Shown: in pieces, positions 28,295 through 38,120 of the stretch
How positions within the stretch are numbered: the first letter of the stretch is position 1
How the letters are laid out: the number at the start of each line of letters is the position of its first letter
Source of the DNA: a virus
Lineage: Duplodnaviria > Caudoviricetes
Reading direction: 5' to 3' (one strand)
Virus record (IMG/VR): IMGVR_UViG_3300030330_004093
Location: 1-64,000 of that record
DNA: 64,000 bases
Made by a program: the position numbers and the translations under genes
Notes under the pieces: model-generated
The model's database searches: none
Told to the model about the DNA's origin: nothing
The model's input: only the letters and a program-made list of their open reading frames with translations

Positions 28295-29236
28295 GTGGAC
28301 AAGAAAAAACAACTATTAGTAATTGCAAAAGAAATACGTGATTTAATCACAAAAAAGCAAAAAGAACTAGACCTATCCTTTGTAGAAGATGACCACATCT
28401 ATTACATGAGGGATAAAAACGGTAAAATAAGGAACAACTTCCCTAGTGTATCTACTGTAATAAAACAATTCTATACTGACTTTCCAGAACTAGATAAATC
28501 ATTAGAAATGTGTGAAAATGATATATTCGCACAGGATGAATTATTAAAAGAATGGAGAAGTACCGCAGACTACGCAAACAATAAGGGGTCTAGGGTTCAC
28601 TATTTATTAGAAATGGACCTATTAAAACAATACGGTTCATATAAAGACGTTAGAAAACCACATTTTGAATGTGATGAAGAACAAATCGCTGATGGTAACG
28701 CCATGATTGATGCTGGACATGACTTCATTAGACAAATGCACAGAAGGGGTGCCGTATTATTAGATACGGAAATGGTTTTAGGTAGTTCTGATTTAGAATA
28801 CACAGGACAGCCAGACAAGATGTGGCTTATATTTGATAAAGATGGTAACTTAGGTATTATAATAACAGATTGGAAAACCAATAAACCAAAAAACTTCAAG
28901 ATACAATCTTACACTGAACCAATGTTACCACCATTTGAGGATTATATGGATACAGCATTAAGTCACTATATGATACAACTACCACTCTATGTAAGACTTT
29001 TTATTGACATGCTTAAGGGTACTAAATATGAAAATATCAAAGTGCTTGGTGGTATCATAGTACATTTAATGAGCACTGGAAGGTTTGATGAGTATAGAAT
29101 ACCTAAAACTTTTATGGATAGGGTGTTAACAATGCCACCATTACCAAGAATTAAAGAGGTGATGGCTAAGAAAGAAAATGATAAACTAAGAGAGCAACAT
29201 AGATTAGAAGAATTAAAAAGACAATTAAATGGTTAA
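28295..29236 (+). CDS. PD-(D/E)XK exonuclease (RecB/Cas4-like phage nuclease)
   Basis: PSVSTVI; GSRVH; GQPD; DWKT; HYMIQLPLY; GTG start. Confidence 0.85.
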   Translation: MDKKKQLLVIAKEIRDLITKKQKELDLSFVEDDHIYYMRDKNGKIRNNFPSVSTVIKQFYTDFPELDKSLEMCENDIFAQDELLKEWRSTADYANNKGSRVHYLLEMDLLKQYGSYKDVRKPHFECDEEQIADGNAMIDAGHDFIRQMHRRGAVLLDTEMVLGSSDLEYTGQPDKMWLIFDKDGNLGIIITDWKTNKPKNFKIQSYTEPMLPPFEDYMDTALSHYMIQLPLYVRLFIDMLKGTKYENIKVLGGIIVHLMSTGRFDEYRIPKTFMDRVLTMPPLPRIKEVMAKKENDKLREQHRLEELKRQLNG

Positions 29237-30041
29237 AAAAATTATACATACAGCCGATATTCATATCAGAACATTTAGGATGCATAGTGAATATAAAGAG
29301 GCTTTTAAAACATTTATAAGTGACGTTAAGGAATTAGTCAAAGATTACCAAAGGGAAGAAGTTAGAATAGTAATTGCTGGTGACTACGTACATCAAAAGA
29401 TTACAATATCTAACGAGTTACTAATATTAGGTACATGGTTCTTAAGAGAATTAGAAAAAATTGCACCAGTAGTCATAATTCCAGGTAATCACGATTTATT
29501 AGAGAATAATAAGGATAGGGTTGACAGTATAACCCCAATGGTTGAATTACTACCAGATACAGACATAAGATATTACACCGAAACTGGCTGTTATGAAGAT
29601 GAAAATATAGTTTGGTGTGTTTACTCAATAATGGAAGGTAGTAACAGACCAAACATAGAGGAGGCTAGAATAGACTACGGAGATGACAAGACATATATCG
29701 GCTTGTTCCATGGACCACTAATTGGCTCATCAACAGACATTGGTTACGTTATAGAGCATGGTCACAGTCTTGACATTTTTGAGGGTAATGATATAGTTAT
29801 GTGTGGCGATATACACAAGAGACAAGAGCTAAGATTTAATAATATACCAATAGTTATGCCTAGCTCTTTAATTCAACAAAACTTTGGTGAAAAAATAAGC
29901 AAACACGGATTCTTAGAATGGGATGTTGAAACTAAGACATACAAAGAACACGATGTTGAAACAGATTATGGCTTTTATCAATTTAAAATTGAATCATTGG
30001 ATGATATAGATAATGGCACTGAAATACTAACAAACGAATAA
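29229..30041 (+). CDS. Mre11/SbcD (gp47)-like metallophosphoesterase nuclease subunit
   Basis: HTADIH; AGD; PGNHD; FHG; GDIH motifs. Confidence 0.92.
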   Translation: MVKKIIHTADIHIRTFRMHSEYKEAFKTFISDVKELVKDYQREEVRIVIAGDYVHQKITISNELLILGTWFLRELEKIAPVVIIPGNHDLLENNKDRVDSITPMVELLPDTDIRYYTETGCYEDENIVWCVYSIMEGSNRPNIEEARIDYGDDKTYIGLFHGPLIGSSTDIGYVIEHGHSLDIFEGNDIVMCGDIHKRQELRFNNIPIVMPSSLIQQNFGEKISKHGFLEWDVETKTYKEHDVETDYGFYQFKIESLDDIDNGTEILTNE

Positions 30042-30592
30042 TGGAGTTACCTAAAGATATAAAGGACGAAATATGGGAGTACTGTAGATTAAATGATATA
30101 TCTTCAGTAGATAGTTTTATATTAAAGATGGTAAAACAAGGGTTTACATCTGAAAAGTTTGGTGCGACACCATGGGATAAACCAGCCGAAATTAAAGAGG
30201 TTGAGAAGATTGTAGAAGTAGAGAAGGAGGTTATTAAAGAAGTTCCTGTTGAAGTTATTAAAGAGGTTGAAAAGATTATCGAGAAAGAGGTATTCGTAAC
30301 TGATGATGAGGCTAATAACAAGCTAAAGGGGCACATTGACAAATTAGAAGACAAAGTTAGTCTATTAAAGGGTGAATTAGATAAATCCGAAACTGAGTTT
30401 AACAAAAACTTATCTAAAATTAATAAATTAGAAAAAGAGTTAAAAGAAAAGGATAAAACTATAGAAAATTTATCTAAAGAATTAGAAATAGAAAAAAATA
30501 AACCTAAGATAGAAGAGGAAGGGGACATATACGGGGATAAGAAAGGATTTTTGGGGTCTAACATTAGTGATTTATGGAGAAAAAAGAAATAA
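30041..30592 (+). CDS. Coiled-coil protein with EKIVEV/KEVPVEV repeats
   Basis: Sits between the sbcD-like and sbcC-like genes and overlaps both. Confidence 0.7.
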   Translation: MELPKDIKDEIWEYCRLNDISSVDSFILKMVKQGFTSEKFGATPWDKPAEIKEVEKIVEVEKEVIKEVPVEVIKEVEKIIEKEVFVTDDEANNKLKGHIDKLEDKVSLLKGELDKSETEFNKNLSKINKLEKELKEKDKTIENLSKELEIEKNKPKIEEEGDIYGDKKGFLGSNISDLWRKKK

Positions 30593-32940
30593 AGGTAAAT
30601 AAAAACGGAAAGGTAAAGGTATATTGGTCAGACCAACCAGAAAATTATTCAAAAGAAGCTAGAAATAGGATTAAAAAATATTTCTCGGTTAAATACGGTA
30701 TAAACACACAAAATATTGATGTGGTCTACAAGCCCAGCAAGAGAAATAGTTCTGGTGAATTAGTTGAGATAGATGGTGCTAACATAGAAAATATAATGAG
30801 CATCGAATACCAAAGGGAATTATTCAAAGAATGGTTAACTAGGGAAGGTAAAGAAGATGCTAATTTTAACAAGATAATAGCTTTAGATGATAAGGTCAAT
30901 AACGAGATGAATATTGACTCAGAATATGATTTAAATAAAAAATACAGACTTAAATGGCTTACAGTTAATAATTTTTTATCATATGGAGAAAACAATCACT
31001 TCCCAGTTGATAGATTTAAAGGGTTCACTGTTGTAAATTCAAACCCAGCCAACCAAGGAGGTAAAACATCAATAACAATAGATGCGGTTAAATTCTTATT
31101 CTTCGGAAAAACAACTAAGACTGACACAAACGAGCAAGTGTTTAATCAATTCAGTAATGGTACTGAATTAATTGTTAAGGGGCTTATAGAAATTGAGGGT
31201 AATAACGAATTAATAATAGAACGAAAGTTAGAAAGAAAACCTAAGAGAAAGGGTGGTTGGAATATAACTAATAAATTAAACTATTATAGGATATTACCAG
31301 ATGGTGAAGAAGAATCTTTGAATGACGAGGACGCTATTAAAACAACTCAACTAATAAAGAAAATAGTTGGTAATGAAGCAGACTTTGATTTAGTAGTTTT
31401 AGCCACATCTAGAAACCTAGACACCTTAATCGATTCAACAGCAGGTGAAAGCGGTAAGTTATTAACTAGATTCATAGGTTTAGAACCAATAGCACTTAAA
31501 GAAAAGATATCTAGGGAAATGTATAATACCTTTAGTAAATCTATGAAGGGTAACATTTATGACATCGAAACACTAAAAGAAGAGATAAGTGGTCATGAAG
31601 CTAATTTAAAAAGATTAGTTAATAGTAAAAAAACTTATGATGATGAGTTAGAAAAAGAAACTAAAAATTATAAACTACTAACTAATCAAAAAATAATAAA
31701 AGTATCTGAAAAGGATAAAATAGATTCTGAAATCTTAAGTTTAAATCCCTCCAAACTTGAAGGTGAAATAAAAACCATAACCGATAAGGGGTTAAAATAC
31801 AAAAAAGAAACAGAAGCAATAACTGATGAATTAAAAAAGATTGGTGACATTAACTTTGATGAAGATAAAGATTTTAAATTAACCAAAGACAAAGAAAAAC
31901 TAACTAAGACAATTAATCTGGGTGAGGCTGAGGTTAACAGACTAGATACAACCATTAAAAATTTAATCAAGGGTGGTATTTGTCAATCTTGTAATAGGAA
32001 ATTAGATGATGTTGATAATACAGCACATATAGAAAAACACAAGAAGGAGATTGAGACAGAAAACAGGGCGATAGATACAGCCAAGAGAAAATTAAAAACG
32101 GTAAATTCTGAATTAGAAAAACTAAGTGGAACCAAAAAACTTATCGAAAGTAAAAACTCCTTAGAGTTAAAAAGAGATAGAATTGGAGTGGAAATTGATT
32201 CATTAAGAAACGAAATAAAAGAGAAAAGGTTGGATTTAAAAAGATATAAGGATAACCTAGAGTCAATAGAAAAGAATAAAAAGATAGATACCGATATTAG
32301 CCTTATAGACACAAAGATAGTTATAAGTGAAAACACTAAAGCTAAAATAAATTCACAACTACAAACCATTGCTATTGAAACAGATTCAAATACCAAGGAC
32401 AAGTTAAAGAAAGAAAACTTAATAAAAACTATAAAAGCAGAGCGAGAGATAGAAGTTATATTCAAACTTTACATTGATATGGTTGGTAAAAAAGGTATTA
32501 GTAAATTAGTACTTAGGTCAACACTACCAATAATAAATGGGGAACTACAAAGACTTCTTGAAGACATAACAGATTTTAATGTTGAAGTTTTTATTGATAA
32601 TAAAAATGAAGTTAGATATTTATTAGTTAAAGATGGTGTTGAAAAGTCCTTAAGGTCTGGTAGTGGTTTTGAATTAACGACAGCCAGTATAGCATTAAGA
32701 TGTGTACTTGGTAAAATGTCATCATTACCATCACCTAACTTTATAACATTTGACGAAGTTATGGGTAGAGTGGCGCAAGAGAACATAAGTAAAATGAAAC
32801 CTTTATTTGAAAGGATTTCAGACATGTTTGATATAGTGTTTTTCATAACTCAAAATGATGTTATAAAAGATTGGGCTGACAACATAATAACAATAGATAA
32901 AGTGGACAATATATCAAAGATAAATGTAGGTAAGGTTTAA
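30574..32940 (+). CDS. Rad50/SbcC (gp46)-like SMC ATPase
   Basis: NFLSYG; Walker A NQGGKTS; coiled coil with CQSC zinc hook; SGSGFE signature; Walker B FITFDEV. Confidence 0.93.
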   Translation: MEKKEIKVNKNGKVKVYWSDQPENYSKEARNRIKKYFSVKYGINTQNIDVVYKPSKRNSSGELVEIDGANIENIMSIEYQRELFKEWLTREGKEDANFNKIIALDDKVNNEMNIDSEYDLNKKYRLKWLTVNNFLSYGENNHFPVDRFKGFTVVNSNPANQGGKTSITIDAVKFLFFGKTTKTDTNEQVFNQFSNGTELIVKGLIEIEGNNELIIERKLERKPKRKGGWNITNKLNYYRILPDGEEESLNDEDAIKTTQLIKKIVGNEADFDLVVLATSRNLDTLIDSTAGESGKLLTRFIGLEPIALKEKISREMYNTFSKSMKGNIYDIETLKEEISGHEANLKRLVNSKKTYDDELEKETKNYKLLTNQKIIKVSEKDKIDSEILSLNPSKLEGEIKTITDKGLKYKKETEAITDELKKIGDINFDEDKDFKLTKDKEKLTKTINLGEAEVNRLDTTIKNLIKGGICQSCNRKLDDVDNTAHIEKHKKEIETENRAIDTAKRKLKTVNSELEKLSGTKKLIESKNSLELKRDRIGVEIDSLRNEIKEKRLDLKRYKDNLESIEKNKKIDTDISLIDTKIVISENTKAKINSQLQTIAIETDSNTKDKLKKENLIKTIKAEREIEVIFKLYIDMVGKKGISKLVLRSTLPIINGELQRLLEDITDFNVEVFIDNKNEVRYLLVKDGVEKSLRSGSGFELTTASIALRCVLGKMSSLPSPNFITFDEVMGRVAQENISKMKPLFERISDMFDIVFFITQNDVIKDWADNIITIDKVDNISKINVGKV

Positions 32941-33002
32941 TTAAAAAAATATGTCTTTTTTAAATTAAAAATCAGTATATTTGTCTAATAATATTATTGA
33001 AT

Positions 33003-33587
33003 ATGAATTTTAAATACTTTTGTATAGTTGTGATGGGAGAAACTAACGGGGCGTTAGCTGAGATAGACAAAATATCTGAAAGCAAACCTAGAGTTTTAAA
33101 GTCAGAAGGGATATTAATCACAACCTTTAAAAGCGCTGCCAGAGCGGGTGAAATTGAAAGTTATCTAACATCATTAAATAGAAACTTTTTTATATTTGAA
33201 GTTGGTGGTCATAATACGGGTTATAACATCATGAATAAAATGATATCCAAAGATTTATTTTCTCATATTGAAGATGAGATAAAATCGGGTGAAATCATAC
33301 CAATGACTCATTATCAAGAGGAAATAATATTACCAGACATTGAATTTAAACCAGAAATGTTATCATACAAAGACAGGTTAGATTATATAAATCATTTAAT
33401 ATCTGACGAGGGTTATGAGTTTTTAACCCTAGAGGATAAAAAATTCTATATCTTAGCATTTAAAGAAACACCAGGGTTCTTGGAGGGCCAAGAAAAGGTG
33501 GTGGTTGAACAAATAATCGAAAAGGGTTATGAAAACTTAAGTAATGAAGATAAAGAATTATTAAAATTATTAAGTAACAATAAGTAA
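33003..33587 (+). CDS. Hypothetical protein with two C-terminal GYExLxxEDK (DUF6576-like) motifs
   Basis: LISDEGYEFLTLEDKKF and IIEKGYENLSNEDKELL; TATATTTG at 32976-32983. Confidence 0.6.
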   Translation: MNFKYFCIVVMGETNGALAEIDKISESKPRVLKSEGILITTFKSAARAGEIESYLTSLNRNFFIFEVGGHNTGYNIMNKMISKDLFSHIEDEIKSGEIIPMTHYQEEIILPDIEFKPEMLSYKDRLDYINHLISDEGYEFLTLEDKKFYILAFKETPGFLEGQEKVVVEQIIEKGYENLSNEDKELLKLLSNNK

Positions 33588-33675
33588 AGGGTTTACTTAT
33601 TTTATTTTTTAACTATATTTATATCTTAATTTGTTAGATGTAAATTAAAATAAGAGTTTTTATGTACAAAACAGA

Positions 33676-34512
33676 ATGAACAAAAATTTTACAAGTACGT
33701 CAGACGATGAAACAATATCAAATTACTTTAAAGAGGTAAGAAAAAGCGTACTAATCACATCAGAAGAAGAAATCACATTAGCCAAAAGAATACAACAAGG
33801 AGACAAAAAAGCAATAGACAAGCTAGTTAAGGCAAATTTAAAATTTGTAATATCAATAGCAAAAGAGTATCAAGGTCAAGGGTTACCCTTAAGTGATTTA
33901 ATTAGCGAAGGGAATCTAGGTTTAGTCAGAGCCGCAACCCGATATGACCACACAAGAGGTTTTCGCTTCATATCATATGCGGTATGGTGGATTAAAGAAG
34001 CTATCTTAAAGAGTTTAAACGACAATTCTAGAATTATAAGATTACCATCTAACGTAATTAAAAAAATATCAGACTTAAGAAAAGAAATTGACAAGTTTGA
34101 AATTGAAAATGAAAGATTACCAGGTCACGGAGATTTAACAAACGAACTGGGTGAAGTTTTGGAAGCGCCAAAAACACCGTCATGCACATCATTAAACGAT
34201 GTAATAAATGATGAAGGTGATGAGTTATATTGTTTAATCGAGGATAAAAATTCAACAACAGAAAAAGAAATATTCTCACAAGATGATAAAATAAAGGAAG
34301 AAATCAAAAACATATTATCTAAACTAGATGATAGGGAAAGAGAGGTTTTGGAATGTTATTTTGGTATCAACAAAGAATATGATGGTATGACTTTAGAGGC
34401 AATTGGTGAAAAATATGACTTAACTAAGGAAAGAATTAGACAAATAAAAGAAAAAGCAATTAGAAGAATTAGATTCAATGCTGACGGGTTATTTGACATT
34501 TTAAACGGGTAG
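33676..34512 (+). CDS. RNA polymerase sigma-70 factor, RpoD/SigA-like (Bacteroidota type, no region 1.1)
   Basis: LVKANLKFVISIAKEY; DLISEGNLGL; RFISYAVWWI; TLEAIG...LTKERIRQIKEKAIRR. Confidence 0.95.
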   Translation: MNKNFTSTSDDETISNYFKEVRKSVLITSEEEITLAKRIQQGDKKAIDKLVKANLKFVISIAKEYQGQGLPLSDLISEGNLGLVRAATRYDHTRGFRFISYAVWWIKEAILKSLNDNSRIIRLPSNVIKKISDLRKEIDKFEIENERLPGHGDLTNELGEVLEAPKTPSCTSLNDVINDEGDELYCLIEDKNSTTEKEIFSQDDKIKEEIKNILSKLDDREREVLECYFGINKEYDGMTLEAIGEKYDLTKERIRQIKEKAIRRIRFNADGLFDILNG

Positions 34513-34532
34513 TTAGATATTTATATAATACT

Positions 34533-35696
34533 ATGAAAAAAATATTATTATATTTAATTTTGATTATGGCGGTAACTATGGCAGGTATAGTTGCTTACGT
34601 ATCAGTTGGTGGTCTAATGAAGGTATTTAGTGGTGCTGGATTTTTGGGGCTACTATTTTTCTCAGCAATAGAAGTTGCTAAAATAATAGCAACATCCGCA
34701 ATGCATACCTATGGAAAGAAAATAGGTATTATATATAAAATACTATTATCTATAGGTATAACAATTACAATGGTAATAACATCTGTAGGTATTTACGGAT
34801 TCCTTTCTTCAACCTACAAAGAAAGTTTTATTAAGTTAGAAGGTGTCGAGGCTCAAGTCACTCTTTTAGAAAAAAAACGTGACGGAATACAATCACAATT
34901 GAACGGAATAGATAAAGAAATGACCTCAATAAATACAAGGGTTTCAGAACTAAGTAGCGGACTATCTAACAACGTTATACAGTATAAAGATAAGGAAACT
35001 GGTCAGATTATAACCACAACCTCATCTTCAACTAGAAGAGTACTAGAAAGGCAGTTAGATAAGGCTATAGAACGACAAAGTAAACTAAATATCAAATCAG
35101 ATGATTTAAACTCTAAAATTTTTGATTTAGATAATGAGATACTTGAAGTTAAAGTTGGTAATGACACAGCTGCAGAACTTGGACCTTTAAAGTACCTATC
35201 TGAAGTTACTGGAAAATCTATGGATGAAGTCATGAAGTACTTTATATTTTTATTAATCCTAATAGGTGACCCTATGGCGGTATTAATGGTAATTGTATTT
35301 AATAAAGTGGTTAAAAAATCATCTGAAGATAAAAAACCTATAAGTGAACCCGAACCTAAAGGTAATATATATGATACTGACGGAACTATTACTACAGAAC
35401 GAATGGTAACACAACCAAAGGAAGAACCTTCTTCAATTACAACTGAAATAGTACCCCCTATTTCAACAGAACCTCCCTCTGGAGAAGGGTTAAAATCTTA
35501 CATGGATATAATTGAAGAACCTAAAGAAGAAACTAAAACTGAAGAGGTTAAAGAAGAACCAACCCCAACTCAACCAGAAAGAGGGTTTTCTGTTAATATA
35601 CCAAAAAGAAAAAACACTAATACAGTTAATAGGATAGGTTCGAATAAAGAAACAAGAAACGGTGATGATAGTGCTGTTTACTTTAAAAGAAGATAA
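34533..35696 (+). CDS. Membrane protein: three N-terminal TM helices, coiled coil, fourth TM helix, disordered tail
   Basis: Hydrophobic segments; ELGPLKYLS...IGDPMAV motif. Confidence 0.7.
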   Translation: MKKILLYLILIMAVTMAGIVAYVSVGGLMKVFSGAGFLGLLFFSAIEVAKIIATSAMHTYGKKIGIIYKILLSIGITITMVITSVGIYGFLSSTYKESFIKLEGVEAQVTLLEKKRDGIQSQLNGIDKEMTSINTRVSELSSGLSNNVIQYKDKETGQIITTTSSSTRRVLERQLDKAIERQSKLNIKSDDLNSKIFDLDNEILEVKVGNDTAAELGPLKYLSEVTGKSMDEVMKYFIFLLILIGDPMAVLMVIVFNKVVKKSSEDKKPISEPEPKGNIYDTDGTITTERMVTQPKEEPSSITTEIVPPISTEPPSGEGLKSYMDIIEEPKEETKTEEVKEEPTPTQPERGFSVNIPKRKNTNTVNRIGSNKETRNGDDSAVYFKRR

Positions 35697-36316
35697 TGAA
35701 AATAGATAGTGTAACATATAAACTTAGTGAAAACAATTACACAAATCAAGGTACTAAAAAAGATAAGATTGTAATTGGAATAACCAACACGACTAAAATG
35801 GCACACTATAAGGGGTGGACAAAAAGATTTAATGGTAAATACAAGAAGACAGCTATGTTTACTATCGGTATAGACGGTAGAATATATGAACACTTCTCAC
35901 CCAACTTCTTTTCAAACTATATGGGTAGTTCTAAATTAACTGAAAGTACTATAACTATACTATTAGAAAACGAAGGCTGGTTAAACAAAGACTTAACTAG
36001 TAAAAATAAGTACATTAACTATGTTGGACATATTTATAATAGAAAAGAAACTGTAATAGAAAAAAATTGGAGAGGTCAGAAATATTGGGCACCATTTACT
36101 GAAGAACAAATTAGCTCCGCTATTAAACTAACCTCTGAATTGTGTGATAAATTTAACATACCAGTTAAAGTAATATCACACAACACCAATATAGATAATG
36201 CCGACAATTATAAGGGCGTTCTTTACAGAAGTAATTTTAATAAACATTATACAGACATAACCCCAGCATGGAATTGCAAATATTTTAAAAACAAATTAGA
36301 AAATGATGAAAAATAA
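35696..36316 (+). CDS. N-acetylmuramoyl-L-alanine amidase-like protein (Amidase_2 fold), apparently degenerate
   Basis: FTIGIDGRIYE; ITILLEN; FTEEQISSAIKLTSELCDKFNIP; the usual first Zn-ligand His is absent (IVIGIT). Confidence 0.65.
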   Translation: MKIDSVTYKLSENNYTNQGTKKDKIVIGITNTTKMAHYKGWTKRFNGKYKKTAMFTIGIDGRIYEHFSPNFFSNYMGSSKLTESTITILLENEGWLNKDLTSKNKYINYVGHIYNRKETVIEKNWRGQKYWAPFTEEQISSAIKLTSELCDKFNIPVKVISHNTNIDNADNYKGVLYRSNFNKHYTDITPAWNCKYFKNKLENDEK

Positions 36317-36791
36317 CAGAATTGAAAACGAGCACGACATTACCAAAAGAATGTTAAACACCATTAGAAAGGGTGTTAATAGACTTAACGAAAACGAAGA
36401 AATCACTATTGACGACAAAGAAGTTGATGATGACGGAGCTATTGAAAATGAAACCGAAATAGAGATTGATGATGTTGAGGGTGAAAATAATGAATTGGAT
36501 AGTCCAGAAGCAAAAGAAGAGGCTAGTAAGATTAGCGAAATGGTCAACCCCTTAATAAACGTAACATCTTTTAAAATTTATGAAGATAGTGGAAATGTTG
36601 TCCTGTCTGGAAATTTTCAGAATACAGACATTGAGTGGCAGTTTTCTAAAAACGATGGTCTATTTATAAATGCTGAAAACGTTAACCTAACTGACAATGT
36701 AAAAGAAATGTTGGACAAGTTAAGTGCGTATTACAAAAATTGGCAAAATGACTGGGCATCAAAGATTGGTGAATATACTAAAAATAACTAA
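36303..36791 (+). CDS. Acidic hypothetical protein (possible head/virion protein)
   Basis: TKRMLNTIR...LNE leader followed by an acidic tract. Confidence 0.6.
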   Translation: MMKNNRIENEHDITKRMLNTIRKGVNRLNENEEITIDDKEVDDDGAIENETEIEIDDVEGENNELDSPEAKEEASKISEMVNPLINVTSFKIYEDSGNVVLSGNFQNTDIEWQFSKNDGLFINAENVNLTDNVKEMLDKLSAYYKNWQNDWASKIGEYTKNN

Positions 36792-36792
36792 A

Positions 36793-37146
36793 ATGGATAG
36801 TAAGAATTTATTTATAATTTTATTGGGTACAGCATTAATTCTAAGTTTTATATTTAGACCTTCAAAGGGTATTGAAATGTATGAAAAAGAGATTGATAGT
36901 CTAAGGGTAAAAAACCAAACTTTAATCTTAACCAATGACACATTGTTAATGTTAAATAAATCATTAAATAGTGAGATACAAGAATTGATTAATAATATTG
37001 ATAGTACCAAAGCACAATTAAATAAAACTAAAATAACAATAAATAATTTAGAAAATGAAAAAGGTAAAGTTTCTACTTACGTTAATACTCTTAATGCTGA
37101 TGAAATTGCAGGTGAACTCTCAAACTACCTCAACAACAGAAAATAG
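36793..37146 (+). CDS. N-terminal TM + coiled-coil protein (i-spanin-like)
   Basis: MDSKNLFIILLGTALILSFIF then heptad repeats; ATG at 36793, just after the previous stop. Confidence 0.55.
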   Translation: MDSKNLFIILLGTALILSFIFRPSKGIEMYEKEIDSLRVKNQTLILTNDTLLMLNKSLNSEIQELINNIDSTKAQLNKTKITINNLENEKGKVSTYVNTLNADEIAGELSNYLNNRK

Positions 37147-37528
37147 GGTTAAAACATTTATAAACCAAAGGGGTGACACATTGGTACAGATGTGTTATAA
37201 GGACGCTAGAACACTTTTAAATGACGTTTTAGAATACCAGTATACTGATAGTCTTTTAGATGTTTATAAGGACAGAGACAGCTTAAATACAAAAACTATA
37301 ACACTACAAAAAGAGACTATAGTAAAGTTATCATTAAAAGAAGCTAATTATGAAAAAATAATAAAAAATCTAAACGAAATAAACAAAAACAAAAATGACG
37401 AAATAACTCTTCAATTGGATATTATAAAACAACAAAAGAAAGAAATTAGAAAACAAAAATTTTATAAGACATTATCAACAATTGGGTCAGTTGTTTTACC
37501 CATAATAACATTATTAACCTTAATTTAG
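37055..37528 (+). CDS. Signal-peptide, coiled-coil, C-terminal hydrophobic protein overlapping the previous gene (spanin-partner-like)
   Basis: MKKVKFLLTLILLMLMKLQVNS/Q; C-terminal IGSVVLPIITLLTLI; 92-bp out-of-frame overlap. Confidence 0.55.
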   Translation: MKKVKFLLTLILLMLMKLQVNSQTTSTTENRVKTFINQRGDTLVQMCYKDARTLLNDVLEYQYTDSLLDVYKDRDSLNTKTITLQKETIVKLSLKEANYEKIIKNLNEINKNKNDEITLQLDIIKQQKKEIRKQKFYKTLSTIGSVVLPIITLLTLI

Positions 37529-37529
37529 C

Positions 37530-37805
37530 ATGGGTAGTAATCATATGCATGATTTTTTTAGAAGTAAAAAAAAAGATATACCAACACACGACCCATATAC
37601 TGGAGAACTAAACCCACTATATGAAGAACTAACGGGTAATAAAAATCCACTAGAACCTAAAGAAAATAAAAGCACTATACCTGACCATGACATACCCCTA
37701 ATGGATGATTTAGTTAAATCACTAGAAGGTAGAAATACATTTAATTCAGCTAGGGATGTCTATATAATTAATAAACTAATTACATTCTATAAAGAAAATA
37801 AATAA
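37530..37805 (+). CDS. Hypothetical protein (DPYTGELNPLYEELTG motif)
   Basis: 91-aa ORF ending at a terminator. Confidence 0.65.
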   Translation: MGSNHMHDFFRSKKKDIPTHDPYTGELNPLYEELTGNKNPLEPKENKSTIPDHDIPLMDDLVKSLEGRNTFNSARDVYIINKLITFYKENK

Positions 37806-37806
37806 G

Positions 37807-37830
37807 AAACCTCAGAGATGAGGTTTTTTT
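37807..37830 (+). terminator. Rho-independent terminator
   Basis: AAACCTCA-gaga-TGAGGTTT followed by a T-tract. Confidence 0.85.
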
Positions 37831-37864
37831 GGTATTCGTTTATATTTATATATAAACCTTTTTT

Positions 37865-38119
37865 ATGAAAGAATTAATTAAAAAAAGACTTACTGAGGAA
37901 TTCACTAAAACTGATGCTAAAACTGAAATCAAAAAGTATATTGATTCAAGCGAGTTTAAGGGTAAAATTGAAAAAATAATTAAGGATAGAATAAAAAATG
38001 AGAAAGAATTAGAAGATAAGGTTGTTGACATTACTAAAAATGTATTAACACAACTTTATAAAGCTCTTTGGGTAAAGAGGTCAGTATGGAAAAACATGCT
38101 ATCAAATAAAGGTAACTAA
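37865..38119 (+). CDS. Late hypothetical protein with MKELIKKRLTE leader
   Basis: TATTTAT at 37843-37849. Confidence 0.65.
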   Translation: MKELIKKRLTEEFTKTDAKTEIKKYIDSSEFKGKIEKIIKDRIKNEKELEDKVVDITKNVLTQLYKALWVKRSVWKNMLSNKGN

Positions 38120-38120
38120 G

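Noticed and set aside
28295-29236. CRISPR adaptation Cas4
   Set aside because: Lacks the four-Cys Fe-S motif, is 27 kb from the array, has no cas1/cas2 nearby, and fits a replication/recombination exonuclease.
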